Origin: a virus
Lineage: Duplodnaviria > Caudoviricetes
Strand: one strand, 5' to 3'
IMG/VR virus record: IMGVR_UViG_3300011862_000001
Span: 128,001-192,000 of that record
Length of the DNA: 64,000 nt
In this document: piece after piece, positions 55,159 through 64,000 of the stretch
How the letters are laid out: every line of letters starts with the position of its first letter
Numbering within the stretch: the first letter of the stretch is position 1
Translations under genes and position numbers: made by a program
The notes under the pieces: generated by a model
Databases searched by the model: none
What the model was told of the DNA's origin: nothing
The model's input: only the letters and a program-made list of their open reading frames with translations

Positions 55159-56640
55159 ATGGGGTTGTATAGCAAACCTTCATTGGAACTCCTCTGCCAA
55201 CAGCTCATTCGTGACAACCCCGCTTTAGCTAACCGGGCTACCCCAGACGCATTCGGCGTGAAAGGGAGTCCGGTGGCGAAACAGGTCAACGGGCGTAATA
55301 CACAAATTACGCTGGCAGGGCGGCCAGGGAAAGGCTTTAGTGGGGAGCTCACGGTCTACTACGACCGGGTGAATCTGTCCCAATTGTTTCGTTCATCAAC
55401 ACAGCTGATTGAGGTACCACGCACGGCAAAGACGTACGGGGATTTACTCCCGGCGTTTAATGCCGCGCACGGCCTTAACTTGCAACCGAGCGATATCCAA
55501 CTGCCTGACCGGCCTATCGTGCTTTATGCCACACCGGTGACCGTACCGATTGTGACAACACCAGGAGCACTGTGTTTTACGGGTGGTACCAACATTACCT
55601 ACCGCGCCGCACCGATTGGTTATTATCCAAACAGTGGGCCAGGTGAGAAGTATTTACGGGCAGGTAATGAGCTCAACGGTTACTTTGGTTCAGTCAGTTC
55701 CGAGCAGTTGTTTGGCAGCGACTACTTTGCCCAGCGGTTATACGGCGACACAGGGTGGCCGTCACTGAACGCGGTGATGTGGTTGAAGTTCATGCTAAAC
55801 GGGAAGGTCGTCTTTATCCCGGGGCGGGGCTTATTCTACACCGACTGGCAACGACTTTACAAAGCCGGGGCGATATTCGGTACCAGTGGACCAGGACGGC
55901 GTCCACAGACACTGACAGGTGATGTGCCGCAAGAGCTTTACATCTCACGCACCGATGGTGATAAAAGCTATTATTTCAAGGTGTATACGCCGTTCTATCA
56001 AGAAGGTGTTGATATACCGAGTATGGCACAACCGCCGTCACCCACCTCGATATTCTCCCTGACGAAAAAACTGGGGACGTACAGCACCCCTGGTGAGTGG
56101 GGGCAACTTAACGGCACCGAAGGGTATTTAGGGACTGAAGTCTGGACACAGCACAGCGACATGTACAGCAAGGCGTATTACATTGCCATGGACGGCGGCA
56201 TGATGCGCAATACTGATTTGTTTATCAGTGCTGACTGGGCACCGATATTGGAGCTTATCGACCCGGCGACCAATGTGCTTCCGCCTACGGCAGTCACCTA
56301 CGCCCAAACCAAAGCCTTCCCGCCTCTGGTAGTGCAAAGCAAAGCGGCAGCACCGATTAAGCCAGTTAATCTCGACTTGCTTATTCAGCCGGCACCACTA
56401 CCGCTGGTAGGCAGTGCCAAACCGACTAACCCGCCGATTAAACCGGTGACGTTAGATGCGCCGGTGATCACCATACCGCGTCCGCTCGTGGTCAAAGCCT
56501 CAAACACCAATGGTGTTATTGCACCACCGAAGATACTGGGTGTTTACTCGACTGCTCCACATCCGTTGGCCGCTGTTTCACGCAGTTCGTCAAAAACTCC
56601 GCTCGCCAACACTCAAGCAGAGTTGGACGGGTTTAAGTAA
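55159..56640 (+). CDS. virion protein: gp130-like N-domain, GPG..GYFG domain, Pro-rich repeats
   Basis: MGLYSKPS; SGPGEKYLRAG..GYFG; PLV/PIKP repeats; ELDGF end. Confidence 0.7.
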   Translation: MGLYSKPSLELLCQQLIRDNPALANRATPDAFGVKGSPVAKQVNGRNTQITLAGRPGKGFSGELTVYYDRVNLSQLFRSSTQLIEVPRTAKTYGDLLPAFNAAHGLNLQPSDIQLPDRPIVLYATPVTVPIVTTPGALCFTGGTNITYRAAPIGYYPNSGPGEKYLRAGNELNGYFGSVSSEQLFGSDYFAQRLYGDTGWPSLNAVMWLKFMLNGKVVFIPGRGLFYTDWQRLYKAGAIFGTSGPGRRPQTLTGDVPQELYISRTDGDKSYYFKVYTPFYQEGVDIPSMAQPPSPTSIFSLTKKLGTYSTPGEWGQLNGTEGYLGTEVWTQHSDMYSKAYYIAMDGGMMRNTDLFISADWAPILELIDPATNVLPPTAVTYAQTKAFPPLVVQSKAAAPIKPVNLDLLIQPAPLPLVGSAKPTNPPIKPVTLDAPVITIPRPLVVKASNTNGVIAPPKILGVYSTAPHPLAAVSRSSSKTPLANTQAELDGFK

Positions 56641-56651
56641 GGAATTACTCC

Positions 56652-57644
56652 ATGGCATTTAAACTAAGCTGGAAAAATGACAACCCGGCTGGGTCAGTCA
56701 TCAAGATATATCGTAGTACGACCATGATGAAACTGGACAGTTTACCGACGGCACTGGCAACACTCAGTAACGGGGAAACGTCGTGGACGGATAACACTGT
56801 GGTGTTAAACACCACCTACTATTACCTGTTAACGGTAACCGTGAATGGAAGAACGGTCGCAGGTCCACAGAAAAGCATCACGATAAAGAACCGTCGTGGA
56901 ATCGGCCCAAGCGATTTCATTAACTGGGGCGATTCCGATGATTTAGCCTACTTAGGCGGTACACCTTACGCTGAACAGTTTACCTATAACGCTTTTCCGG
57001 CAGGCTTTCGAGCACTGACTGGTTTCTCGGGAGACTCACCGATAAACTTCGTCAAGTACCTCCACCGGGGGAGAGTGTTGTACCTGGCTGCTACGGCCGG
57101 CGGCAGGATACTTGGCCGTAAAGTATCGTGGGACAGTATCTATAATGCCGGGTTGGTGTATGGGGTAGACGGCCCGGGTCCCGACGGTGGGCGCGGTACT
57201 CTGGCTCCGGTTGACCAGGGCGGGTTGTTTGATTGGCAAGGTGATACTTATCGCATGCGGTTACTCACCGGGTTGTCGGATTTGGGGCAATCGCCTGCGA
57301 TGACGCTTCCTGATGAGATTAACAATGCGCAGCACGATGCCTTGCCGTACGGTCGCTGCGAGTATAACGATCTGATTTATCCGTCGTGCGAATGGGTGCC
57401 AGTCAAACAGCGTGTCCCGAACTGGGTCAACAACCCCTTATCGTCGGTGTTTAACAATACTGCGACGTGGGCGGGTACCGGTTTCTTGTGCCAAGAGCGA
57501 GACCCACAACGCAATGTGGTGGTGATGCGTGGCCAAGCACCCCTTGCCTCTGAAGGTGGCCGTGACCTGCTCCAGATGATTAAATTAGTCGACCCCAGTG
57601 TTGCTAATGGCCATTTTGTTCCTGTTATCGAATTAATGGAGTAA
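56652..57644 (+). CDS. virion protein, FN3/Ig-like N-domain plus GPG domain
   Basis: LSW..IYRS..WTDNTV..YYY; paralog of 57649 and of the 55159 middle domain. Confidence 0.7.
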   Translation: MAFKLSWKNDNPAGSVIKIYRSTTMMKLDSLPTALATLSNGETSWTDNTVVLNTTYYYLLTVTVNGRTVAGPQKSITIKNRRGIGPSDFINWGDSDDLAYLGGTPYAEQFTYNAFPAGFRALTGFSGDSPINFVKYLHRGRVLYLAATAGGRILGRKVSWDSIYNAGLVYGVDGPGPDGGRGTLAPVDQGGLFDWQGDTYRMRLLTGLSDLGQSPAMTLPDEINNAQHDALPYGRCEYNDLIYPSCEWVPVKQRVPNWVNNPLSSVFNNTATWAGTGFLCQERDPQRNVVVMRGQAPLASEGGRDLLQMIKLVDPSVANGHFVPVIELME

Positions 57645-57648
57645 GGAC

Positions 57649-58548
57649 ATGTCAATCACGTTAAGCTGGAAACAGCAACCCAGACAAACGTTAGATTCGA
57701 TTGAAATTTATCGTTTCGCTGATCCGCGTGCAACGCCTAACCCACTGGCATTGGGTACACCCCTTGCGGTGTTGCCGGGGGATGCTACAAGCTATGTGGA
57801 TAACACGGTAGCCAACTATACGACGTACCAATATCGCATCGTGTCGGTTAAAGGCAGCGACAAGTCGATGGGCTTCCCGATTGTCCAGGGCTATTTCCCT
57901 CAGACCGGTCCCGGGCCACAAGAGCTGTTGCGTGGTGACTGGTACTGTGGGTATTTTGGCACGCTGTCGAACACCGAGTTCTTCCTCAGTGCTAACGAGT
58001 TTAATGGGTTATTCGGCAACGCAATATGGTCTTATAGTCCGCTGTTGTTCCACAAGTTTGTGTTTCGTGGAAAGATTCTCTTCATCCCTGACACGCAAAC
58101 CGCACAAAATACTCCATGGCGTACCTACGCCGCTGGCGTAATGTATGCCGTAGAGGGAAACGGTCCGCTTGTTCCTGTGGGCTATAATGGCGTTAGCCAG
58201 AGGAAGACGGTGGTTAAGAACGGCTACGAGTATATCGTACGTTTACCGTTACTGATGGAGGGTGCTTATAATGCGAGCTGGAACCAGCCGGTGAACTATA
58301 ACTCTGGCGAATGGTATAACACCATGGGACGTCTGTACTGGATGACCACAGGCCTGCAACGCTTTAACGATCTGCGGTTAGCGGCAGGGGGTTCGCCTAC
58401 CGGCGTAGGTTCTGTGTTATTTGCGAGCGCTGCCGACGCAGGGCGCAACTACTGGTACTGGAACCCGGCGGCACCGACCGCACCTGCGACAGTCGATGTG
58501 GATGCTAACTGTAGCATTTTCCATGTCCTGGAACTGGTGTTGAGTTAA
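57649..58548 (+). CDS. virion protein, FN3/Ig-like N-domain plus GPG domain
   Basis: LSW..IYR..YVDNTV..YQYRI; TGPGPQELLRG..GYFG; VLELV end. Confidence 0.7.
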   Translation: MSITLSWKQQPRQTLDSIEIYRFADPRATPNPLALGTPLAVLPGDATSYVDNTVANYTTYQYRIVSVKGSDKSMGFPIVQGYFPQTGPGPQELLRGDWYCGYFGTLSNTEFFLSANEFNGLFGNAIWSYSPLLFHKFVFRGKILFIPDTQTAQNTPWRTYAAGVMYAVEGNGPLVPVGYNGVSQRKTVVKNGYEYIVRLPLLMEGAYNASWNQPVNYNSGEWYNTMGRLYWMTTGLQRFNDLRLAAGGSPTGVGSVLFASAADAGRNYWYWNPAAPTAPATVDVDANCSIFHVLELVLS

Positions 58549-58555
58549 TCGTTAG

Positions 58556-58600
58556 AAAAAAATAAAGCTCTACTCCCTGAAGGGAGTAGAGGCTTTTCTT
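58556..58600. terminator. bidirectional terminator
   Basis: A-tract, CTCTACTCCC-TGAA-GGGAGTAGAG, T-tract, between convergent genes. Confidence 0.75.
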
Positions 58601-59065
58601 TCATTTGCTGAGCATGGGCGGCGTTGGTGTCGGTGTGCACTGCAAGAACGTCATCCCGGTGCCTTCTCCAGTACGTCCATCAACAGACGAGTAGGAATAG
58701 GTCGGTGCTTTGGCGTTCACACCCCGGATACGATAATAACGGATACCGGTTGTGACATCGACGGCACCATCAATCTTACCGAGCAAGTCTTTATACAGTT
58801 GCGGAGACTCTACTTTCCCACCCGGGAAGGTTGCGACCCACGTCGAACCGTTGTCGATAACTGTGGCTGCGAAAGGCAGCAGTTGTAGCTTACCGAGTTG
58901 AGGCTGGAAGTGGGCAAATGTTTCTTGGGTAGCGCTGCACTGATAGACCGCAAAGGTCTCGGCGGTTTCCACAGGCACCGTGCCAAATTGACCCGCTTGA
59001 TTCGGAGCCATAGCACAACCTGCCAACAGTGCGGAGGCTAACACCGCAAACAAATACTTCACCAT
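58601..59065 (-). CDS. lipoprotein
   Basis: Signal peptide with lipobox LLAG/C; AAGGA RBS. Confidence 0.8.
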   Translation of the reverse strand: MVKYLFAVLASALLAGCAMAPNQAGQFGTVPVETAETFAVYQCSATQETFAHFQPQLGKLQLLPFAATVIDNGSTWVATFPGGKVESPQLYKDLLGKIDGAVDVTTGIRYYRIRGVNAKAPTYSYSSVDGRTGEGTGMTFLQCTPTPTPPMLSK

Positions 59066-59181
59066 AACGTGTTCCTTTTTTAAAATTGACGCAAGTCGTC
59101 ATATTACGGGCCGTGTCTGTAGAAAGTTGCCAGCCGAGCCCGCTTTTCTATGAACCACCCACACTAGCGAGGATGTAAACC

Positions 59182-59718
59182 ATGGCCATTGTAACGGCAC
59201 AGGCGCAACTGGTTGCCCTGTTTAATGCAAAGAATAGCAGTCTTGCCCAGGCGTTGACTGTAGGGGATGTCGACTTTGGTGCCGTTGCTGCATACAGCCC
59301 GACGGACGGAGCAGATACCCGTAACTCCAAGCTGACCATCACCGCAAAAACCGCGTCTATCTATTTCACTGGCGCAAAAGAACTCCACTACACCCGCTTG
59401 CCCGCTGCCGTTATCGGTGCGCAAGCTATCACTGAAGACCAGGCTAACTGGGACACCGATGCTAAAGTGTTGGCAAAAGTCAACGCAGCGGTTATCGCGG
59501 CCGGTAAAACCCAGGATGAGTTCGCACAGGCGGATTTGACTATTACACGCACCGATGGTGCCGATGGCGATGCAGGTAAGAAAATCGTCACGGTGGCCAT
59601 TAAAGCCGGTCACATCAAATACCTCGCGGGTAACCTCGCGGTGTATACCATCACTCAGCCTATTGTTAAGAATGACCTGAGTGCATCCAACGGTGAACTC
59701 GATACGTTTACCAACTAA
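59182..59718 (+). CDS. virion structural protein (gp130-related)
   Basis: RNSKLTIT..FTG..LHYTRL; C-terminal NGELDTF; GAGG RBS, TATG upstream. Confidence 0.65.
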   Translation: MAIVTAQAQLVALFNAKNSSLAQALTVGDVDFGAVAAYSPTDGADTRNSKLTITAKTASIYFTGAKELHYTRLPAAVIGAQAITEDQANWDTDAKVLAKVNAAVIAAGKTQDEFAQADLTITRTDGADGDAGKKIVTVAIKAGHIKYLAGNLAVYTITQPIVKNDLSASNGELDTFTN

Positions 59719-59722
59719 GTTC

Positions 59723-59760
59723 TAAGCCCACTTCGGTGGGCTTATTGGTTTCTTTTTTTG
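59723..59760 (+). terminator. intrinsic terminator
   Basis: TAAGCCCAC-TTCG-GTGGGCTTA plus T-tract. Confidence 0.8.
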
Positions 59761-59763
59761 GCA

Positions 59764-59805
59764 AATAAAAAAGAAAAAGACCTACTACCCATTGGGGTAG
59801 TAGGT
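59764..59805 (-). terminator. intrinsic terminator (minus strand)
   Basis: ACCTACTACCC/GGGTAGTAGGT stem with an A-tract on the plus strand. Confidence 0.75.
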
Positions 59806-59836
59806 ATCTCTATTTTAAGCGGCCTGTACGCCATTC

Positions 59837-60547
59837 TCAGACGTTTAAAATGGCAAGCTGCGTAATCGGATTACTTAGCGGTTGCACGCCCCAAAACGCC
59901 GTCTGTGCGTTAAATGCACGTTTGATGTTTTGGTAGCGCATATTCACACACCGCCCAGTCGTCAAATCGAAACGCTCGTGGTCAGGTACCCCAGCATCAA
60001 CATCCGTTCGAAAGAACAGGTAGTTGCGATTGTAGTTGAGCGTGACGTCTGACGGTGACGGATAGGAATAGACGTGCGGGTTATCGTTGCGGTCAGCATA
60101 CGACGGCCAGCCGAAACATTTCACCGCCTCGTAGAACGAGTCACGGATAAAGGTGTCAACCCTTAAGCTTTCCATGATGCGCAGAAACATCAAATCGGCA
60201 AAGGCTTTATCAGTGCAACGCGACAGATTCCCCGCCGGGGTATCCGGGTACGCTACCGGTGACGGGGCACGTTGGTACAGCAGGTCGTGAATACACGCCC
60301 CACCGGCCCACGGTCCATCGGGATGCAGAATCGGACGTAAAGCTTCCGGGATACTCGCCAAGTCCGTGACAAACCCTTTCGGGGCCACCACGTACATCGT
60401 CGTATCAGGATGCACACCCGACAGGTGTACCATTTCATCCATCCCCGGTTTATCGCGGTACAATGAGCGCAGCGTAAACTCGAAGTGGTAGTCTTCGGTT
60501 AAGATAAACCACGGCTTTTCCAATACCTGGTACTTCAACTGGAACAT
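59837..60547 (-). CDS. DUF1353 family protein
   Basis: PKGFVTDLASIP..ACIHDLLY..ADLMF..YEAVKCFG; start at MFQLKY. Confidence 0.85.
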   Translation of the reverse strand: MFQLKYQVLEKPWFILTEDYHFEFTLRSLYRDKPGMDEMVHLSGVHPDTTMYVVAPKGFVTDLASIPEALRPILHPDGPWAGGACIHDLLYQRAPSPVAYPDTPAGNLSRCTDKAFADLMFLRIMESLRVDTFIRDSFYEAVKCFGWPSYADRNDNPHVYSYPSPSDVTLNYNRNYLFFRTDVDAGVPDHERFDLTTGRCVNMRYQNIKRAFNAQTAFWGVQPLSNPITQLAILNV

Positions 60548-60693
60548 ACAAGCACCTTCATACAGGCTAACACCACCATACCGAGCAATGACCCCCACAG
60601 TACAAACGGAGGCGGATCGTCATCACCAAAGAATTTATATTCTTCTCGGATTACTTGCACTTCGGGAAACACTGGGGGTACCGGTTTTTTCAT
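60535..60693 (-). CDS. 52-aa single-TM protein (not in ORF track)
   Basis: GAGG RBS; MKKPVPPVFPEVQVIREEYKFFGDDDPPPFVLWGSLLGMVVLACMKVLVCSS*. Confidence 0.55.
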   Translation of the reverse strand: MKKPVPPVFPEVQVIREEYKFFGDDDPPPFVLWGSLLGMVVLACMKVLVCSS

Positions 60694-60712
60694 GGTGTTA
60701 GCCTCACGGTTA

Positions 60713-61315
60713 TTATTTAGCGCACACGCCTACCTTGATGGCATAGTCATCCATCTCGCCGTAGACACGATCGTACCAGCCGTAGGTGAACTCTTCGTTC
60801 TGCACACGCTTCTCAGAGATTTCCGTGTAGTAGGAAACCTGATGGCAGCACAGCGCAAACATCAGACGGTTCAGGCCAGCGGCACCACGGGCTTTCACAA
60901 AACCGCCTAAGGCAGTAAGCGTAGCCGGGCCGATACCGCCATCTGCGTCGATGTCATCGTAGAGTTTACCCTGACGGTTCAGTACGTTCAGGACGCGTTG
61001 TAGGGATTTGATACAGTTAGCACGACCGGCGTTAATGCCGAAGTCGAACATACGGTCAGCCAGCAACGGGCTCATTGCAGTAATCTGGTCAAGACGCATA
61101 CGGTCCCACCAGAGTTTCTTGTAGATAGCCAAAGCCATCTCACGAGTTAGGTTACGCATGTCACCGGTATATCCATATTCACGAGCGGTAACTTGCGTGA
61201 TACCGAAGTTAGTTGGACCACCTAAGTCATTCGCGTTATTTACATAGCCAGCCTCAATGTTCACCTTGGCGGCAATGATGCCTTCCATGCTCCAGCGGTC
61301 TACGGCCATCGCCAT
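60713..61315 (-). CDS. endolysin, glycoside hydrolase family 108 with PG-binding domain
   Basis: EAGYVNNANDLGGPTNFGIT; FDFGINAG; LQRVLN..DGGIGPAT; FTYGW. Confidence 0.9.
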   Translation of the reverse strand: MAMAVDRWSMEGIIAAKVNIEAGYVNNANDLGGPTNFGITQVTAREYGYTGDMRNLTREMALAIYKKLWWDRMRLDQITAMSPLLADRMFDFGINAGRANCIKSLQRVLNVLNRQGKLYDDIDADGGIGPATLTALGGFVKARGAAGLNRLMFALCCHQVSYYTEISEKRVQNEEFTYGWYDRVYGEMDDYAIKVGVCAK

Positions 61316-61356
61316 AATTAAGTCCTCATTCTGTTATTGGATTCATACGAACGAGG

Positions 61357-61389
61357 AAAAAAAAAATAACAGTGGCCCGAAGGCCACTG
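61357..61389 (-). terminator. intrinsic terminator (minus strand)
   Basis: CAGTGGCC-TTCG-GGCCACTG plus T-tract on the minus strand. Confidence 0.8.
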
Positions 61390-61393
61390 AGGA

Positions 61394-62050
61394 TTACAAC
61401 AGACCTTCGTCTTTTGCCAACTGCATCACTGCGGTAAAGTCACCTTGTTCGGCGAGCGTACGCAGACGTTGCTTTTTGACGTTGAGCGACATATGCAGGT
61501 CGTTATCACGTTGGATAATTGCCGCATACAGACCTTTCACATCATCAATCGCAAACGGTTCAACCGGGCTGTTGGTGGCATCAATCCAGTACATCGGGTC
61601 AACCCCAGACTGGATATAGCCGGTGAGTGCGGTGCGGGATTTCTCGTCAGCCTGGTAACGGTGACCAGCAAACTCGATATCCTGATAACGCAGCTCTGCA
61701 TAGCGGGTGTTCATCGCTTGCATCACACGGTTAAACTCACGCCACAGGTGACCTAAGGTTGAGGTCAGCCCTTTGCGGATATCATCCAACGGCAGTTCCA
61801 ACACGTCTTTGATAAACGCTTTGGTCTTTTCCATGGTGAACGCCGCTTCGGCATCAGAGAGGTCATGCCCTTTCAGCGCTTTCATCGCCTCTTTATCACT
61901 CATGCCGTTTAGCAGGTGATAATGCAAAAGGGTACAGAACCCTTGGCGCGTGGCGTCTTCAGTTCGCAGAATCCCGCTGTAGTTACCATGGCGGTCAATC
62001 GGGGTGCCAAACTCGAAGTAGCGACGCTTTATTTCGTCATTACTAAGCAT
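61394..62050 (-). CDS. DUF4376-domain (tail-fibre-assembly-like) protein
   Basis: IEFAGHRYQADEKSR..YWIDATN..KKQRL. Confidence 0.65.
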   Translation of the reverse strand: MLSNDEIKRRYFEFGTPIDRHGNYSGILRTEDATRQGFCTLLHYHLLNGMSDKEAMKALKGHDLSDAEAAFTMEKTKAFIKDVLELPLDDIRKGLTSTLGHLWREFNRVMQAMNTRYAELRYQDIEFAGHRYQADEKSRTALTGYIQSGVDPMYWIDATNSPVEPFAIDDVKGLYAAIIQRDNDLHMSLNVKKQRLRTLAEQGDFTAVMQLAKDEGLL

Positions 62051-62586
62051 TCAGTTGCTCCTACTAAGCCCAGGTCCATCGCCAAGTCAAAGTCGAACAG
62101 CTGGAAGTCAGTGTAGATATCCTGGCCCCAGACGATGTTCATTTGCTCAGCGTGGTCCTGATTTTGTTCCATATAAGCCCGCGTCAAGTGCATCTCTTCC
62201 CCGAAGGCGTCATACGCTTCGTGGGAACGCACGGCACGTACCCGAAGCTCAGGCCAGCTTAACGCCAGACCAATCAGGTTTTCCGTGTCGAGATTACGCG
62301 TAGAGCGGCGTAAGATTTCGATTTTGTGGCGCGGGAAGTCAGTGACACGCGCTTCAAAGCCCGGGTTACGTTTTTCCACTTCGACCACCGAGTTATGGTG
62401 TTCTTCGACACCGTCCAACGTCAGTATCACGTTTAAGCCAAACCGGATACACAGTTTAACGACGTCGTCGGTAAAGGCATCGGGCGCTACCAGCGCATGG
62501 GCGTTGTACAAGCCGTGCTTGTGCAAAAACGCCGCCACCAGGTGGTGACTACGCTTGGTAAAATTGTGTATCAGAAAGGCTTTCAT
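62029..62586 (-). CDS. hypothetical protein
   Basis: GGAG RBS before MKAFLIH. Confidence 0.7.
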   Translation of the reverse strand: MKAFLIHNFTKRSHHLVAAFLHKHGLYNAHALVAPDAFTDDVVKLCIRFGLNVILTLDGVEEHHNSVVEVEKRNPGFEARVTDFPRHKIEILRRSTRNLDTENLIGLALSWPELRVRAVRSHEAYDAFGEEMHLTRAYMEQNQDHAEQMNIVWGQDIYTDFQLFDFDLAMDLGLVGATECLVMTK

Positions 62587-63889
62587 TAGCAGTGGCTCCA
62601 GTTTGGGTCTTTTTCGCTGCTTCTGCACGTTGACGTACGCAAGACACGCAGTAGCATTGGGTTTTATCGTTTAAGTCGGTATAGCGTACGGTACCAGTTT
62701 TCTGGTAGAAGTATTCCGCGACTAACAGCTTCGCCGTCGTCCATCCACACTGGCGACGTTCAGCGTGGTACTCTTTACGGGCTTCAATCTCACCGTCACC
62801 GTTTTCGTACGAGGCCGCAGCACAGCTGCCGCACGCGTGTTTCATCGGACACCCTAAGCAGGTCTCTGGGTAGTTGGTGTACTGATTTTGAATCTCATTC
62901 AGTAACTTACCACCGTCGATGTTAACGATTTCCCGGCCACGCAGTTCAGCGACCGCCTGACGGGTCGTTACGGTAGACATAAAACGGTTGCAGCCGTAAA
63001 TCTTACGATCAAAGCCCAGGCAGGTCATGTGGGATACTGTACCACAGAAAGGACGCACACGCTCCGGGTTCAAACGGGTGGCTTCGTCGTCGAGTAACTT
63101 CTGACGCCAGTCCGGGTCCCAGGTCGCCATAAAGTCCAGACCATCCGGGAAGATGTGAGTCAGACGGTTACGCGGGTCATGCTGCAAGCCTTTGTCAAAC
63201 CAGTAGTCAATCACATCCATCATCTGGTTGGCAATCGACAACGCCGACTGACGTGGCAGCACGTCTTCGTACGTTACGTTACCCGAGATGGTGCCACCGC
63301 CGGTGACGTCAATCAGGTGCTTCATGCTCTCGGCATAACGCGGCAGGGTTTCACTGGTGAAGGTCGCTTTGATACCAAGCTCCAGGATACCCACCGACTT
63401 CAGGTAGTTGTAGCCGCGCATCGCTTTCTCATACGAGCCTTCACGGCTTACCGTAAAGATACGATAGCGGTCGTGCACTTCTGGCAAGCCATCAATCGAC
63501 ACCCCGATAGACAGCTTGTCGCGCCAGCGTTCGATAATCTGCTGGTTCAGTGGACGGTCAAACAACGTACCGTTAGTGGAGATAGAAAAGATAACGTCGC
63601 GATTATCGCGCTTGGCTAACTCTTCTGCCGCCTCAAAGACACCGAGCAGGATTTTCGGTTGCATCATCGGCTCACCACCGATAATGTCGATAATCACTTC
63701 CACGTTCTCTAAGTGACGGTCACGGTCAAAACACGCATGGATAAAGTCTACCGCGTCATCGACTTTGTTGTTACGCGGGTACTTACGCTCGTAGCAGTAT
63801 TCACAGTCGAGGTTGCACGACAGGTTGGTGACCACCTGATAAGTCTTGGTGATTTTGGGTGTTACCACCGGCATTTTATTATCGCGCAT
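62549..63889 (-). CDS. radical SAM/SPASM-domain protein
   Basis: CNLDCEYC, GGEP, STNG, SIDG; SPASM Cys CG..YGCNRF..CLGCPMKHACGSCAA..C. Confidence 0.9.
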   Translation of the reverse strand: MRDNKMPVVTPKITKTYQVVTNLSCNLDCEYCYERKYPRNNKVDDAVDFIHACFDRDRHLENVEVIIDIIGGEPMMQPKILLGVFEAAEELAKRDNRDVIFSISTNGTLFDRPLNQQIIERWRDKLSIGVSIDGLPEVHDRYRIFTVSREGSYEKAMRGYNYLKSVGILELGIKATFTSETLPRYAESMKHLIDVTGGGTISGNVTYEDVLPRQSALSIANQMMDVIDYWFDKGLQHDPRNRLTHIFPDGLDFMATWDPDWRQKLLDDEATRLNPERVRPFCGTVSHMTCLGFDRKIYGCNRFMSTVTTRQAVAELRGREIVNIDGGKLLNEIQNQYTNYPETCLGCPMKHACGSCAAASYENGDGEIEARKEYHAERRQCGWTTAKLLVAEYFYQKTGTVRYTDLNDKTQCYCVSCVRQRAEAAKKTQTGATANESLSDTQFYQA

Positions 63890-64000
63890 TGCTTAGCCCC
63901 ACTTGAATTACACGATTGATGTAACGATACGCGTCCAGACCGATTACTTCAGCCAGACGGTTACAGCCCGAGTCCAACGCATCGACCGCGTTCTCACTTT
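63879..64000 (-). CDS. 3' end of upstream gene (partial)
   Basis: Open frame ..SENAVDALDSGCNRLAEVIGLDAYRYINRVIQVGLSNAR* overlapping the rSAM ATG. Confidence 0.55.
   Translation of the reverse strand, partial: SENAVDALDSGCNRLAEVIGLDAYRYINRVIQVGLSNAR

Noticed and set aside
1-64000. tRNA/rRNA genes, CRISPR arrays, IS elements, introns/inteins
   Set aside because: No cloverleaf with T-loop, regular repeat-spacer array, transposase or splicing motifs were recognised by eye; tRNAscan/Infernal would be needed to exclude them fully

Overview
This window is part of a phiKZ-related jumbo phage genome (Chimalliviridae, with an SPN3US/Erwinia-jumbo-like layout); the assignment rests on remembered motifs and gene order, not a database search. 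From left to right it holds: a non-virion RNA polymerase subunit; the portal gene head-to-head with a virion/baseplate operon and RuvC; a ~28 kb accessory region; and a ~17 kb block of paralogous tail/baseplate genes. The accessory region includes GNAT acetyltransferases, a SLOG protein, dTMP kinase, Dam methylase, an orphan HslU-like ATPase beside a degenerate prohead-protease paralog, and DUF488. The tail block includes two T-even gp38-like adhesin fusions. The right end, on the minus strand, carries a lipoprotein, DUF1353, a GH108 endolysin, DUF4376 and a radical SAM/SPASM gene. Two promoter motifs recur (AGATAKATATTAY-N5-TGA and T-rich-TAC-N15-TRTG), along with many intrinsic terminators. 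The most striking observation is at 20.2-24.1 kb. Five tandem, highly diverged ~220-250 aa paralogs lie there, and four are each preceded by a 26-nt H-type RNA pseudoknot that keeps its pairing in both stems despite sequence change and ends 23-25 nt before the ATG. This is a candidate undescribed RNA-protein cassette system. No tRNA, rRNA, CRISPR array or IS element was found.
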